Assembly: GCA_951406725.2 (NCBI GenBank)
Contig: OX597814.1
Coordinates: 184,698,001-184,762,000 of the forward strand
DNA: 64,000 nt
Reading direction: 5' to 3'
Source of the DNA: Octopus vulgaris
Lineage: Eukaryota
Of this stretch, positions 40,632-53,873 are shown one piece after another. Under the pieces are notes generated by a model that saw only the letters and a list, made by a program, of their open reading frames with translations, made no database searches and was not told the origin of the DNA. The translations under genes and the position numbers were made by a program. The stretch's first letter is position 1. The number at the start of each line of letters is the position of its first letter.

Positions 40632-41172
40632 ATCACCGTGATCACCGTGATCGACAAGGCTATCAGATGTTGCTACACATCGCTGGTCACAATACGCTTC
40701 GCATTGTTTTAGCTTTCAAATGACGCCACCCCGCTGGCTAAGCGAGCAGGCCAACAGAAGAAAGAGTGAGAGAAAGTTGTGGCGAAAGAGTACAGCAGGG
40801 ATCGCCACACTGCCGGAGCCTCGTGGTGTTTTCGCTCAATAAACACTCACAACGCCCGGTCTGGGAATCGAAACCGCGATCCTACAACCGCGAGTCCGCT
40901 GCCCTAGAGAGAGAGAGAGAAAGAGAGAGAGGGGGATAGATTGCGTGTGTATCTATGTGTGTGAGACTTTGTATTTGTGTTTGTTCTCTCATGACAACCA
41001 GTGTTGGTGTATTTATGTCCCCGTAACTTAGTGGTTCGGCAAAAGAGAAAGACAGAATAATACTAAGCTTAAGAAAACAAATTGTGGGGTCAATTTGTTC
41101 GACTAAAACCATTCAACGTGGTGCTCCAGCATGGCTGCAGTCAAATGACTGAAACAAGTAAAAGAAGAAAAG
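40632..41172. mobile_element. SINE family C (40632-40905, -) adjacent to the 3' half of a family A SINE (40945-41172, +)
   Basis: Homology to other copies in the window. Confidence 0.75.
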
Positions 41173-41739
41173 ACCATTGAGATTGTACGTCTCTTATTTA
41201 TATGTTAGGATTTTCGTGTGATTCTAGATTTTGCTGGCAAACTTAATCTGGCAGCAAATTCTAAACATAGAGCTAAGAACCGACGAAAAATAAAAATAAG
41301 AGATAATAATGTCTTGGCCTCAAAACTCTCTGTAGATACAAGGGAACATATACTGAAAAGCTTCGTTCTAGTTGGTCAATACATGATTAATCATTGGATT
41401 TTTCTTCTGCAGTATATATGCTTCCAACAAAAACAAACAACATAGAAATCAATAAGATTAAGAGCAAGAGTGAAAGATACTCAATAGATTAAAGTATTCA
41501 CACAGGTTTTCGGTTTCTCCTAATTTTAACTGTCTTCCTGTCAAAATGCTCCTATCTGTGAAATGTTACCCTTTGCGTGCCAGTTAGATCAAATGACCAA
41601 TTATTTTCGATCAAACTATATTAACCCTTGCTTGACCTTTTTGGTGACTTTCTGCAAAGAAGCAGCGTTCAAGCATACATAGTTGCTACTGGTTACTGCT
41701 AAAGCGATGCAGATTTGGGACAGAATAGATCATTCTTCC

Positions 41740-41995
41740 TTCTACAGGCACAAGGTCTGGAACCCTAGGGAAAAGGAATAGTCTCGATTGCAGTGCGTAA
41801 CTGATTCTTATTTTCTCGACTACGAAAGGGTGAAAGGCAAAATCGGCCTCATCAGAATTTAAACTCAGAACATAAGACAGACAAAATGCTTAGCAGCATT
41901 TTAGTCGTTCATTTGAATTCAGAAAACGCAGACTGACAAAATGCCGCTTCGCATTTCACCAGCGTGATAAGAATTCTGCCAGTTCGCCGCCTTAT
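41740..41995 (-). mobile_element. SINE family B (diverged, with internal duplication)
   Basis: Reverse complement begins GGCGGCGAACTGGCAGAATTC. Confidence 0.65.
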
Positions 41996-42701
41996 GTTTA
42001 TACAAGAATAATCCACTATCTTTTCTTATTAACAATGTATTTATTACACCAATATATTGTGCTAAAATTCAAGCAAAAAATATGTTGCCTTGAATTTGCT
42101 GAGAATTTCTCCAGTGTTCGATTTTCATTAAAAGAGAAAAAAAAAAGGAAGTTTTAAAAATTCATTTCATCAAGCATTCTAAGAATATATAGCTTCGAAA
42201 GGAATCGAGTACAATGCCGTTTAAATTGAACAGAAAAATCTCACGCATGCTTCACCATTAGCAGTTTCCGTTTTAACTTGAGGTGTAAGCTTTACCTAAG
42301 CAAAAATTATCTATTCAAAATTATTCTTGGAGTTATTGACAGCTCTGTGATTATAAGCCGTTGTAGGTAAGCTGTACAATACCTATTCTTTAAATCTATG
42401 TACTACTAGAAGGATGATTCAGGAAATATTCAGAAACTTTTAAAGCGCTATGGATCTTATTGATTCTGACAGTTATATATTTAATAGATTTTTCCCTTGC
42501 ACAGTCGTATGTTCAATGAAATCGTAAGTAACTGATCCGCCTCCATTTTTCTTTTGCCCAAAGCCAGGAAATTTTCAGCTAACCTTCGTATATTTATCAT
42601 TTCAGTCAGCCCTTGAGTAATCCTGAAATTTCTGCCGATTACGTATGAGTGTATATATATATATATACACAGACACACACACATATATATGTGTGTATGT
42701 A

Positions 42702-42743
<42 letters not shown>

Positions 42744-43270
42744 TGTGTGGGTGTATTCTCGTTTACTATATCGTTTTGCATAACGATAACTTTCATTATC
42801 TACAATCGTATTCTTCAAATAACGACTATATTGTCAACGAATATGATTATATATTGTATGTTATCCAATATGCTATAATATTCAAAAATTTCCATTCTAT
42901 ATTATTAGATACAAAATTTTATGTTCCATTTCTCATAATAATACGAAAAACGGCAGCGTTTTATGAAATTTCATTTAACAATAAAATATATAACACTATT
43001 TTCATTGTCAAGTATTCAATTTAATATTTTTTTTGCTCAAACTTTTTTTTTCTCTTTCACTTTCCCTGAGAAGCTAGACATATGTGTGCGCGCTCACTTG
43101 TGCGTGTGAGTATGCATACATATACATACATATATATATATACATACATACATACATACATACATACATACATACATACATACATACATACATACATACA
43201 TACATACATACATACATACATACATACATACATACATACATGTGTATATATATATATATATATATATAAA

Positions 43271-43480
43271 TACGAGGGTTGCTGAAAATTTTCTGTCTTT
43301 AAGGGTGTCGCCAAAGGCCTGGTTAGAGGCCTAGCTTTCCGAGATATTTTTACGGGGCTTAGAAAACTGAAGCACCGCCACGATTGGTGTGTGAATCTGA
43401 GAAGGGAATATGTTGAATAAAATAATAATAATTAACTGATCCCCCTGTATTTTGCGTTACACAAAGCCAGGAACTTCTCA
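43271..43480 (+). mobile_element. Mariner deletion derivative (related decayed copy ~42405-42593)
   Basis: TIR TACGAGGGTTGCTGAAAATTTTCTGTCTTT / AAAGCCAGGAACTTCTCA. The internal GLRKLKHRHDWCVNLRREYVE* resembles the mariner C-terminus G..KL..RW.KC....GDYVE. Confidence 0.7.
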
Positions 43481-43539
43481 AATATATATATGTATGTATA
43501 TATATTTATGTATATAATGTATGAGCATATATGAATGGA

Positions 43540-43579
<40 letters not shown>

Positions 43580-43582
<3 letters not shown>

Positions 43583-43757
43583 TTTGGATTTGGTTTGCAG
43601 GATTCTTTTTGTGAGTTGGTGTGTTAAAACATATTCTGATGTGTCTGAGGAGAGTCATTCTCTTTTGGTGTCTTATAATTTAACACACTCAACGGTAAAA
43701 TGATCCCCTTTTTTTCTTTTTCTAAAATTTTCGTTGCGTCTTGCAATGTTTTCAATA
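43580..43757 (-). mobile_element. Diverged relative of the 27660-27777 pLTR 3' end
   Basis: TTTGCAGGATTCTTTTTGTGAGTTGGTGTGTTAAAACATATT resembles the reverse complement of 27715-27765. TA tracts flank it. Confidence 0.45.
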
Positions 43758-44198
43758 TATATATATATGCATACATTTGTATATCTACTTATTTACTTAT
43801 CTATTGTCGTAGATGTTTTTGTTGTTGCAACATATAATATGTTTTTGTTGTTGCAATATATATAATATATATCACGAAATTCTTTTCTTTTTTATGAACG
43901 TGTAAAATTTCTAGAAACATGAAAATCATTCCTCTTTGTTGCAATAAAATATAATGAAATATAATTGGCAACAATAAAACGGCATTGAAACATAGAATGA
44001 TGTAATAAATGTTAATATAGACATTTATAGATGCAAGCATCGCCTCTAGATAAGAAGCTTTCTTTACAACTACGTGGTTACAAGTTCAGTTCCACAACCT
44101 GGCTTCTTGTATACGCGTTTTCTACTATAACCCGGATTCGACCGACAGGTGTAAGATAATTTGATAGACGGAACGCGTGTAGAAGACCGTTGTGTTTA

Positions 44199-44240
<42 letters not shown>

Positions 44241-44376
44241 TGTGTGCGCGCGCGTGTGCATAGTAAGCCCTCAACTATAGCGGGCTTTACGTTCTAAAAA
44301 CACCCGTGACAGATTATAATCCGTGAAGTAGGAACAATACTGCACTCTATTTTTATTTTTATAATCTATCTATCTA

Positions 44377-44431
<55 letters not shown>

Positions 44432-44436
<5 letters not shown>

Positions 44437-44630
44437 TAATCCAAACAAGAAAACACAAAAAAAAACACCACAACGCGAGGACGTGGAACAAATATAGTAT
44501 TATTGGACGCTCAGGAAAGAAGGAGGGTTTAACGTTTCGTGCGGAGCTCTTCATCGGAAACATAGAAGGAAAGATCCAGAGAAGGGAAGACAGAGGAAAA
44601 AAAATCGCCAACGGTACACACGAGGTCATA
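44432..44630 (-). mobile_element. Short Penelope-pLTR-like insert with minimal hammerhead (44527-44561); 3' fragment repeated at 46931-46981
   Basis: GTTT-CCGATGA-AGAGCTCCGCAC-GAAA-CG-TT-AAAC (U4C core variant, ACGT palindromic stem III), with (TA)n on both sides. Confidence 0.65.
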
Positions 44631-45199
44631 TATATATATATATCATAAATGCAAAACAACATCACAGAGGAATCGACGTAAGCTTAAATAATAAACCACG
44701 ATAGTTGAACCGCGATATGGTGAAGGATTACTCTATCTGTGTTTTTTTGTGCTTGTGTTGGTCACTCCATTCTCTCGCAACCAGTTTTGGCTTGCTTACT
44801 TTCTCGTACACTAACCGTTCGGTATAAGGGTTCGATAAAATAGGTACCGGTTTTATAAGAAACGTATGTTCTGGGATCTATCTAAAATTATTTTAAGCTG
44901 ATGCATCAGTATGGCACAGTCTTCGTATTTTGTAGCTTACGAATGATGATACCGAGTTAATGGTGCCATTCGAAAGCTACAACAATGTCCGTTAAAGGTT
45001 CTTCTCTTTGCAACAGAGTAACTAGAAATTAAGTATTTTGCTCATGAACAAGTCGCACCACCACTCTGGAAACCGAAACTACGATCCTGCGTTCGGGTGT
45101 GGAACACCCGTACCAGTAAGTCGCGTTCCTTCACATATATATATATACATACACACACACATGTATATATATATACATACATACATACATTCACATATG

Positions 45200-45255
<56 letters not shown>

Positions 45256-45256
45256 T

Positions 45257-45663
45257 ACTCTTTACTCTTTTACTTGTTTCAGTCATGTGACTGTGGCCAT
45301 GCTGGAGCACCGCCTTTAGTCGATCAAATCGACCCCAGGACTTATTCATTGTAAGGCTAGTACTTATTCTATCGGTCTCTTTTGCCTAACCACTAATGTA
45401 CGGGAACTTAAATAAACCAGCCTCGGTTGTCAAACGATGTTGGGGAGGGGGGACAAACACAGATACACAACATATATATATATATATACATATATACGAG
45501 GGGATTCTTTCAGTTTCCGTCCACCAAATCGACTCACAAGGCTTTGGTCGGCCCGAGGCTATAGTAGAAGACACATGCCCAATGAACTGGGCAGATATAG
45601 TTTTTGAACCCGGAACCATGTGGTTGGTAAGCAAGCTACTTACCACACAGCCACTCCTGCGCC
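45257..45663 (-). mobile_element. SINE family A, full length
   Basis: Head GGCGCAGGAGTGGCTGTGTGGTAAGTAGCTTGC; CR1-type tail. Confidence 0.85.
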
Positions 45664-45839
45664 CATATATATATATATACTAGTAAATACTGTCAGCTTC
45701 AAACTACATCGCTTTCGAAATCTCGAGAAAAGGTTCTCAGTTGTACCTCAATTGTTTAACTGCTTGCCTAAAGAAATCAGATTCATAAAAGGAACATCTA
45801 ACGACGATCACAGTATATATATATATATATATATATATT

Positions 45840-46856
45840 TCCGTGAAAGTTAGAGGTTGGGAAGCCAACCAACTAAGGGATAGTACCTATCCAATATAGT
45901 GCCGTTAGTGTACCCAGTTATTAATACACAAGTGCTGGTTATTGTGTGGCAATTTCGCAATCGAGTGTCATATATGGGCGGGGGGAGGGGTAAAAAGTGG
46001 TTTACCTTTAATTTATACGGCAAAAAAGAAAATGGAGAGGATACAAAAATGACATACATCAGCCGGTAGACATTCTATTATGTCTATTTATTCTAAAATA
46101 TAAGGAAGTATTATAAGAATACATATACATGCAAAGACTGTGCTACAGAAATATGTACTAATAATGCTTAAAAGAGTAAAATATCATTTCCAAACGGCCG
46201 TTTCTGCCAAGTGGCCACGATATCCTCCATGCTACTTCCATCTCATCAGTGTTCTGTAGGGATAGGTAGATAAAGTTTGGATGTTGAGTGTACCTCTAGG
46301 CTTCTTCAGAGGGTCTAAATGGCTAGGAGAGCCGATACATACAAGAGTCAGTTAGCAATAGGTACAGTAAATTTTCTTATTGAAGAGGGCATAAGAAGAA
46401 TTGGAGAAAAACTTAAAGTGTGAGAGGAGTAAAATTTAGTAAAATGGATTAGTTATAGGAAAGGGAAATAAGTCATAGACTTCAAGTGTTGCTTTCCAAG
46501 ATTCATGCTATTTCATCCATTGGTGGATTGGTGGATATAGTCGTTCCAAGGAGGAATTTTTTTTTGGAAGGGTGAATTTAGGCTGTGGTTCTTATTTTGT
46601 TTACATACAAATACACGTTCTGTTTACAGTGATGGGTTTAAAAGTATGGTCCGTATTTCGGAGGTGGGAGTTTATATGCAGGATGCCAGCTGGTACTAAA
46701 GAGATAATGGCACTAGGTGGTAACCAAAGTGCGGTATTCGTGTTCGTTATGTGTACGTATTCTTATAATACTTCCTCATGTTTTAGTATAAATAGACATA
46801 ATAGAATGTCTACCGACTGATGTATGTCATTTTTGTATCCCCTCCATTTTCTTTTT

Positions 46857-46858
<2 letters not shown>
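45840..46858 (-). mobile_element. Penelope-pLTR-like insert with 110-bp inverted arm (46020-46130 vs 46749-46858), hammerhead at 46190-46253 and ~180-nt tail
   Basis: CA-CTGATGA-..AAGTAGC/GCCACTT..-GAAA-CGGCCG-TT-TG (palindrome ACGGCCGT; stem I weak). Confidence 0.65.
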
Positions 46859-46934
<76 letters not shown>

Positions 46935-47017
46935 ATCCAAACAAGAAACAAAAAAACACAACAACGCGAGGACGTGGAACGTATTTATATATATATATGT
47001 ATTTATATACATATATG

Positions 47018-47083
<66 letters not shown>

Positions 47084-47134
47084 CGTATATATGTATGTAT
47101 AATTATGTATTTATATACATAATTATATATATAT

Positions 47135-47350
47135 ATATTGTTATATTTCGGAATGGTCATATTGCCAGTTTAGCCAATATGATTAAGATTAATGTAAAAC
47201 ATAAATATCACTGAAGCAAAATATCACCAAATATATAGTGCGTGTGTTTTTATTGGCTGAACTGGCAATATGACCATTCCGAAATATAACAATATCTGTT
47301 TCAACACACGACTTCACATAAAAAATCTTGCACAACAAATATTTAAACGT
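47135..47350 (+). mobile_element. Miniature copy of the 26274-27777 Penelope end with the same inverted architecture
   Basis: Arm 47135-47179 is inverted to 47251-47295 and followed by the same 55-nt tail. Confidence 0.85.
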
Positions 47351-47663
47351 ATATATATATATATATATATATATGCGCATATATATGTATGTATAATTAT
47401 GTATTTATATATATATATATGCGCATATATATGTGTGTGTATATATGTGTGCATGTATATGTATTTATATATATGTGTGCATGTATATGTATTTATATAT
47501 ATGTGTGCATGTATATGTATTTATATATATGTGTATATGTATGTGTGTATATGTATGCATGCATATATGTGTGTGTATATGTATGTACATATGTGTGTGT
47601 ATATGTATAAAGATGTATGTGTGTGTATATGTCTATATGTATGCGTGTTTATATATATATATA

Positions 47664-47722
<59 letters not shown>

Positions 47723-48428
47723 GTGTGTGTGTGTGTGTATGTGCCTGAATGTTTGTATATATATATATTTGTGTCTGCGTGTTAATTTGTGTGCGAGTGT
47801 GTGTGCCCTCATACATGAGTGTTCGCAAACATTTCTGTGATCTTTCAATCTGCGTTTTGGGGATAGAACCCTGATGTAGTTGTCAATAAGGCATATGTCT
47901 TTGCTTACTCTCAATGACTATGCGACTCTTTTCAAATATAGAATAATTTATTACAGATTTAGATGAATCAAAGTAGGCTCTCTCGTCTCTAGTATGTTGA
48001 AGTATAAACGCCAATTTTTTTTAATGATACCAAATAGATAATATTTTATCCTTCTTGAAGTAAATGAAATCTATGTATAAATTACGCTATTGCATATTGC
48101 AGCTTGTCTTGAAAAGAGGTTTCTCTGAAATGAAGCAAGATTAACACAGGTCATCCATGAGAAACGAAAACAAGTGAAGCAGTGAACAACCTTTACTTTA
48201 GTCACACGAGTGCTCTTCTCGGATTTGTGAAGTCAGCCGTTCAATATACTAATAGGAAATATCGTTGTAGCACAGACGGAGCGTAATTAAGACACATTTG
48301 TCAAAATATTAGCTTGTTGAAAAGAATTAGAGGGAAATTAATTCTACTAGCATGGAGTTTTCGTTTATAGCAGTTTACGATTTACGCAGCATTTTTTTTA
48401 ATGCCGGAAGAAAAGTTTTAATTCTATA

Positions 48429-48616
48429 TTCTTTTACTCTTTTACTTGTTTCTGTCATTTGACTGTGGCCATGCTGGAGAACCGCCTTTAGTCGAGCAAA
48501 TCGATCCCAGGACTTCTTCTTTGTAAGCCTAGTACGTTATTCTATCGGTCTCTTTTTGCCAAACCGCTAAGTGACGGGGACGTAAACACACCAGCATCGG
48601 TTGTCAAGCAATGCTA

Positions 48617-48668
<52 letters not shown>

Positions 48669-48830
48669 ATATATATATAGTACATACATACGACAGGCTT
48701 CTTTCAGTTTCCGTCTACCAAATCCACTCACAAGGCTTTGGTCGGCCCGGGGCTATAGCAGAAGACACTTGCCCAAGATGCCACGCAGTGGATTGAACCC
48801 GGAACCATGTGGTTGGTTAGCAAGCTACTT
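48429..48830 (-). mobile_element. SINE family A, interrupted in its tRNA head by the LINE (remainder at 54246-54269)
   Basis: ..GGTTAGCAAGCTACTT | LINE | CAAGCTACTTACCACACAGCCACT. Confidence 0.9.
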
Positions 48831-49058
48831 TATTTCATATAATTTGCCATTTAGGCATTTACAAAGAGGGGACAAACAAGGACAGACAAATATAAAGGGT
48901 GAAGTAGCTTAACACAGTTACAATTTTCGAATGAAATTACGGATAAGATTATAAACAATGAATTTTACGAAGGCAATGTTTAAAAATGTTAATGATCATG
49001 TCGAAGGACGGACACCCAGCCATCCGGGTAGAACCTTTACTTTCTGATCCGGTCACAC

Positions 49059-52000
49059 TTACCTGGTGCCAAACATACCCATCTTGTATGCCACAGGCTT
49101 CCATCTTTTCACAAACATATCTCGTGACAGACACCTCTTCTCCAGCCTGATTTTGCTACTGAGGTGGTAACTAAAAAAGTTAATCAACCCCTGGCCGGAG
49201 ACAAAGGTGCCTGTCACTATACCTTTCGTACGCGTCTTCCATACTGTTTCTTTCAGTATGGCTACTACACAGAAAAAACAAGCCTTTCTTTCCCTGTTAA
49301 GGAAAGGGGGCGGCACAATCTCGATGATAGACTCAGCTGATAGCTGTACTCTTCCCATCACTGACAACAGTTGTTCAACAAAAGCTATCAGTCCCGATAA
49401 CTCCGGACACTCCACGAATGCGTGCAAGACGGTCTCCCTATCCTGCTCACATCGCGGGCATGTCGGCGAGACGGCACTACCGTGCCTTGACAGCTTGTCG
49501 CGAACAGGTAAAGCCGCACGGAAACACTGCCAGGCCAGGGATTTCTGGTAATTATCCAGATACCCCGGCCCGAACGTCCTCCGGAACAGGTTGACCAACT
49601 GATTTTCATCGTAGCCCAGGGTCTCCCCCAAGGCGTCTTCGGACTTAATCTCCACTAACCCGCTATAGAAATCCGTGGTGGAACTCCTGTTGCCGGCGTT
49701 GCCCACCCGAGATAGTAGCTGGAGCGCCTGACGGCACTCCAAATGCCATTCACTCAGTTTAGGTCTCCGCTTGATCCATGCACCGATGTCCGTTAGGGAT
49801 GTTAACTGGGGAAGGTAGAACCGGACGTGCGGTAACCACACCTGCTCTCCATCCAGGTAAAGCCAGAGGTGCCTCAACCTTAACGCGAGTTTATCCTCAG
49901 CAGTTTCTGGCAGCAGACAGAGCGCTTTACAAGTGGCTTTCCTCCTTTCCACAAAAATCGGAAAAGGATTCTCTCCAACTTGTTCAGCCACAAATCGGGG
50001 CAAGGCACCACGGTCAGACGGTAGGTGATTACTGATGCTATAAACATCTGCACCACCTCCGCCTTCCCTAGCAGGGATAACGCCCGCCCAGACCAGGTCT
50101 GGGTTAGAGCGGTCACCTTGTTGGCCACCTCACTCCAATTTTTCTCAATCTGGAGGTCTGGCCCGAACCAGACTCCGAGCAGCTTAACAGGACCTTCCGT
50201 CCAACGCCCTACGACGTTATTGGACGGCATCGGCTTGCCCCTCCAGGTGCCGAGTTGCAAACCGACCGACTTGTCCTTGTTAAATTTTGCTCCTGCCACC
50301 GCCTCGTAGCTTTTGATTGCCTCTTCCACCACTGGAAGCTGACCTTCGTCTGCCACGATGATGGAGGTGTCATCCGCATACGCTGTAGCTCCTCTTCCAC
50401 ACCATAGATCATGCGGCGCGCCCCCTAGTGCCTCCAACTTCCGCAGCAAAGGCTCAAGAGCCAATACGTATAGGAGCGAGGACAGGGGACACCCTTGATG
50501 AACTGAACGCTCGATCCTGAACGGCTTCGAAAAGGAACCGTTCACCTTGACTACAGACTCGATGTCGCTATACAAAGCAGCGATCCAACCTCGAAAGGTC
50601 GGGCCTAGGCCAGCCTCTCCGAGGACCGCCGCCAGGTACCGATGGTCGACCCTATCAAATGCTTTGGACTGGTCTAAATGTACCAGTGCTCCCCCTGCGC
50701 CAGAAAGCTTCCCCACCCTCTATAAGGAGTAGCGTATAAGGTGGAGATTGTCGTGGATCTTTCTGCTGGGGATAGCGCACGTTTGCGCTTCCCCGACAAG
50801 TTTGTCCACGACCCGCGCCAACCTTTTTGCTAGCACCTTGGCCAGAATCTTTAACTCTGTGTTTAACAGAGTTATGGGCCTGAAGTTCCCTATCTCGTCC
50901 CCCTTGTTCGGGTCCTTCCTGATCAACGTCACCGCCCCCCGGCTCGCAGACTTGGGAATTCTCCCATTCTGCTGCCAGTTGGCGTAGACGCTAGCCAGCA
51001 GGTGCCCGAACAAGTCTGGCATACTTCTATAAAATTCATAGGGCAGACCATCGAGACCCGGCGACTTCTCCCCGGGGCACTTGCCCAACACCTCGATTAC
51101 TTCCTCGGCTGTGATTGGCCCTTCACAGCACTCAGCCTCTCGTGTCGAGAGGCGCGGGCCACCAGACAGGAAGTCCCTAAGGGCCTCACCATGATCCAGC
51201 GTCCCGCACCTCCCGAACAACTCGGCGAAGTGCTTGTGAAGTGCCTCACACATCTCGTCCCGCTTCTTGATCGTGCATCCGTTTTCATCAACAAGAGACC
51301 CAATTGTGGCATCGTTTCCACGCTGTGTTTCTATCGTACGGGCCCATCCGGCAACATTAATTCCCTCACGGCCCAATGCTCGTACTTTAGCCCGGACTCT
51401 ACATCCCTCATGTTTGGTTTTGAGGTGACGGTCTAATGCCGTTCTCGCTGCTAAAATGTGAGATGCAGAGCCCAACCTCAACGCCTCCTCTAAGTTCTTA
51501 ACTAGTTGCCCTTCTATTCTAGCCCTATCTAGTCTTAGTTGTTTACTAAATCTAATGGACTCGAATCGAATGGCTCTTTTGAGGGTGAACCACCACCGGT
51601 TATTAACCACGGCTCCGGTTAACGCCCTCTGCACTAACACCTTAATCCGGCTACGGTATGCCTCGCGTGTCAAAGTAGACTTGTTCAGCTTCCAGTAGCC
51701 GGTTCCTATCTTAAGTGTGCTATCTATGTCCAGTCTACACGTGACCATTCTATGGTCAGCATAGGGCACCTGGACGAGCTGTGAACAACTAAAACTAGAC
51801 TTATCTCTAGTTCTTATCACTATCCTGTCTAGATAAGACTTGAACCTTCCGTCGCCACTCATCCAGGTCCACTCTGGGACGTTCGGATGGTCAAGTCTGT
51901 AACGATCTGCTAGCTGAAACCGCTTAAGCAGATCCACGAGACGTGAGTTCACTTTCCTATAGATCGAGCCAACGCTATCGATGTGTACGTCAACGATAGC

Positions 52001-52429
52001 ATTAAAGTCCCCTAATATCACTAAAGTCTTCGACGTCACGAGAAAGCCCTCCAGGCGCCGATAAAAATCAGTTTGGAAACCTCTAGCACAAGGTGCATAG
52101 AGTCCGATCAACCTGAAGGCCTTACTGCTGTATGTCACATCAAGGACGACCAGCCCACCTTCTGGGTCTACATAGACTGTACTTGTCTGTAGAGCCAAGT
52201 CTTTACGGATCAGTACCACTACGCCCCCTCGCCCTCCGGTCTGGCCAGGAGACATGATTTTCTCGTAGCCATTCAGGAGAGGCGAGAAGGTTTGTAGGCT
52301 GTCCAGCTTGGTCTCTGTAGCAACCATCACATGTATATCATGTGATCTGAGGTCGTCGAGGAAACAAGCCTGCTTCCACTTCGAACTCAGACCACGCACA
52401 TTTAAACAACCAAGGTTAAGCGAAGCCAT
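49059..52429 (-). pseudogene. ORF2: apurinic-like endonuclease, reverse transcriptase and C-terminal CCHC; one in-frame stop (50720-50722) and one frameshift/deletion (~49900)
   Basis: LNVRGL, GDFN, SYLDRI, DH, GYWKLN, KSPGLDGLPYEFY, NFRPITLLN, LDQSKAFDRV, QGCPLS, YADD, CPRC..ETVLHAFVEC. Confidence 0.95.
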
Positions 52430-52703
52430 TACAAAAAGTAAAAGTTCTACTTATATTTCGTTGGAGAGGTGGGGGCCGACCTCACCACACGTTTGTGGGC
52501 CCCTTCTTTCTCCTCTTTCTTCAGATAGTCCGGCAAGTTCGCGATATGCCGGATGGCGTTTGGGTGTCTGTCTTTTAATTGTTTGAACGTTGTTTCCGCA
52601 ATCCACGCGTGTCTATTTCGATCTTTGTATTTGTTGTACAGTCTTGCTGACTGATGCTGAACCACAATGTCGTTTATGTATTTGTCTTGTGTGTCGAATT
52701 CAA

Positions 52704-53873
52704 TTAATATGAGTTCATTTTCTTTTTTGTCTTCTTTTTCTGGGCCAGTTGAGCGGGATTTTTTTTCCGTGTCTGTGGTGTGTCTTTGTTTTTATTATTT
52801 TTTGTAGGGGATGTGGACGGGGATGCTGCACGAATTCTTTTACGAACTGGTGTAAATCCCCCCTCTGATACCTCCATGATATCGTTTGGGGTAGCAATAG
52901 TTTGTTCGGTAGGCGCCGCAGTTTTTAGGGGGGTGGGAGGTTTTAATAGTGTAGGGGTTTGTGAGTGCGAGGGCTGGGTTTTTTCTTCAGTCTGTTTTGG
53001 GGTTGGCACCGTAACAGCAGGAGTGGGATTTTTTGTTTTTGTAGGGGTAGGTGTGTTTGCAAGGGTAGGGACTTTTTTATTATCTGAGGGGCCTGGTGTC
53101 TGCGGTTTCTTTTGCTTGTCTGGACAGTCTACACGAATGTGGGCCTTTTTGCCGCAGGCGTAACAGGTGGGTTTTCGGCCTTCGACCTGTACCCTGAGGG
53201 CTACGTTCTCGCCCACGAGCACCCTCTCAGGAAGGAGCTGTAGGTCCTCCGCTGTTCCTTGAATTAATATATTAATGTTACGCCCGAGCCAAAATAGAGG
53301 GGTAGAGCATGTTACTTGTAGTATTTTTATTTTGTCCGCCCTTTTATATAACAGGGCGGCCACTACCTCTACCGGATCTACTTCCGGCGGGGCTTCTACA
53401 ATCCTGACCCGGGACGTCCTGCGTCCCCTATAGCTTGGGAAAAGTACCACCTCCTTGGTTTTTAGGGGGTTCACAGAATGCCCGCGGGCCATTTCTTCCC
53501 CCGAGAAGCGGACATCCACAGTGCCATATGCCCGTCCCCTGGCGACGTACACGATGTCCTTCCAAATCGGGGACAGGCATTTCTCGATGGTGCTTTTTTC
53601 AAAGTGTTTGAACCTTCTGCTTTGTGGACAGAAAGTTTTAAACACTACGGTCCGCTTCTCGGTCTCCACGATACTGGCGGAGGGTGATATTTTAACATCA
53701 CCACCCTCCTCTTGCATTCTTTTAAATAGCTCGACGAGCTGGTTGACATCGATGTCAATGTTCTCGGTAGCCACTGCGGCTACCGCAGAAAATTTGTTAA
53801 CATTGCTCTCCTCAAGAGCACTACTTTCGTGAATAATTTCAACAGACATTATTCTGTTGAAATTAGACAACAC
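52704..53873 (-). CDS. ORF1 gag-like nucleic-acid-binding protein with zinc knuckle (may once have extended into 52447-52665)
   Basis: 389-aa ORF directly upstream of ORF2, with CYACGKKAHIRVDC (CX2CX4HX4C) and a Pro/Thr/Lys-rich tail. Confidence 0.85.
   Translation of the reverse strand: MLSNFNRIMSVEIIHESSALEESNVNKFSAVAAVATENIDIDVNQLVELFKRMQEEGGDVKISPSASIVETEKRTVVFKTFCPQSRRFKHFEKSTIEKCLSPIWKDIVYVARGRAYGTVDVRFSGEEMARGHSVNPLKTKEVVLFPSYRGRRTSRVRIVEAPPEVDPVEVVAALLYKRADKIKILQVTCSTPLFWLGRNINILIQGTAEDLQLLPERVLVGENVALRVQVEGRKPTCYACGKKAHIRVDCPDKQKKPQTPGPSDNKKVPTLANTPTPTKTKNPTPAVTVPTPKQTEEKTQPSHSQTPTLLKPPTPLKTAAPTEQTIATPNDIMEVSEGGFTPVRKRIRAASPSTSPTKNNKNKDTPQTRKKNPAQLAQKKKTKKKMNSY

Noticed and set aside
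49207-53832. Several + strand ORFs within the LINE
   Set aside because: They are antisense shadows of the GC-richer ORF1 and ORF2.
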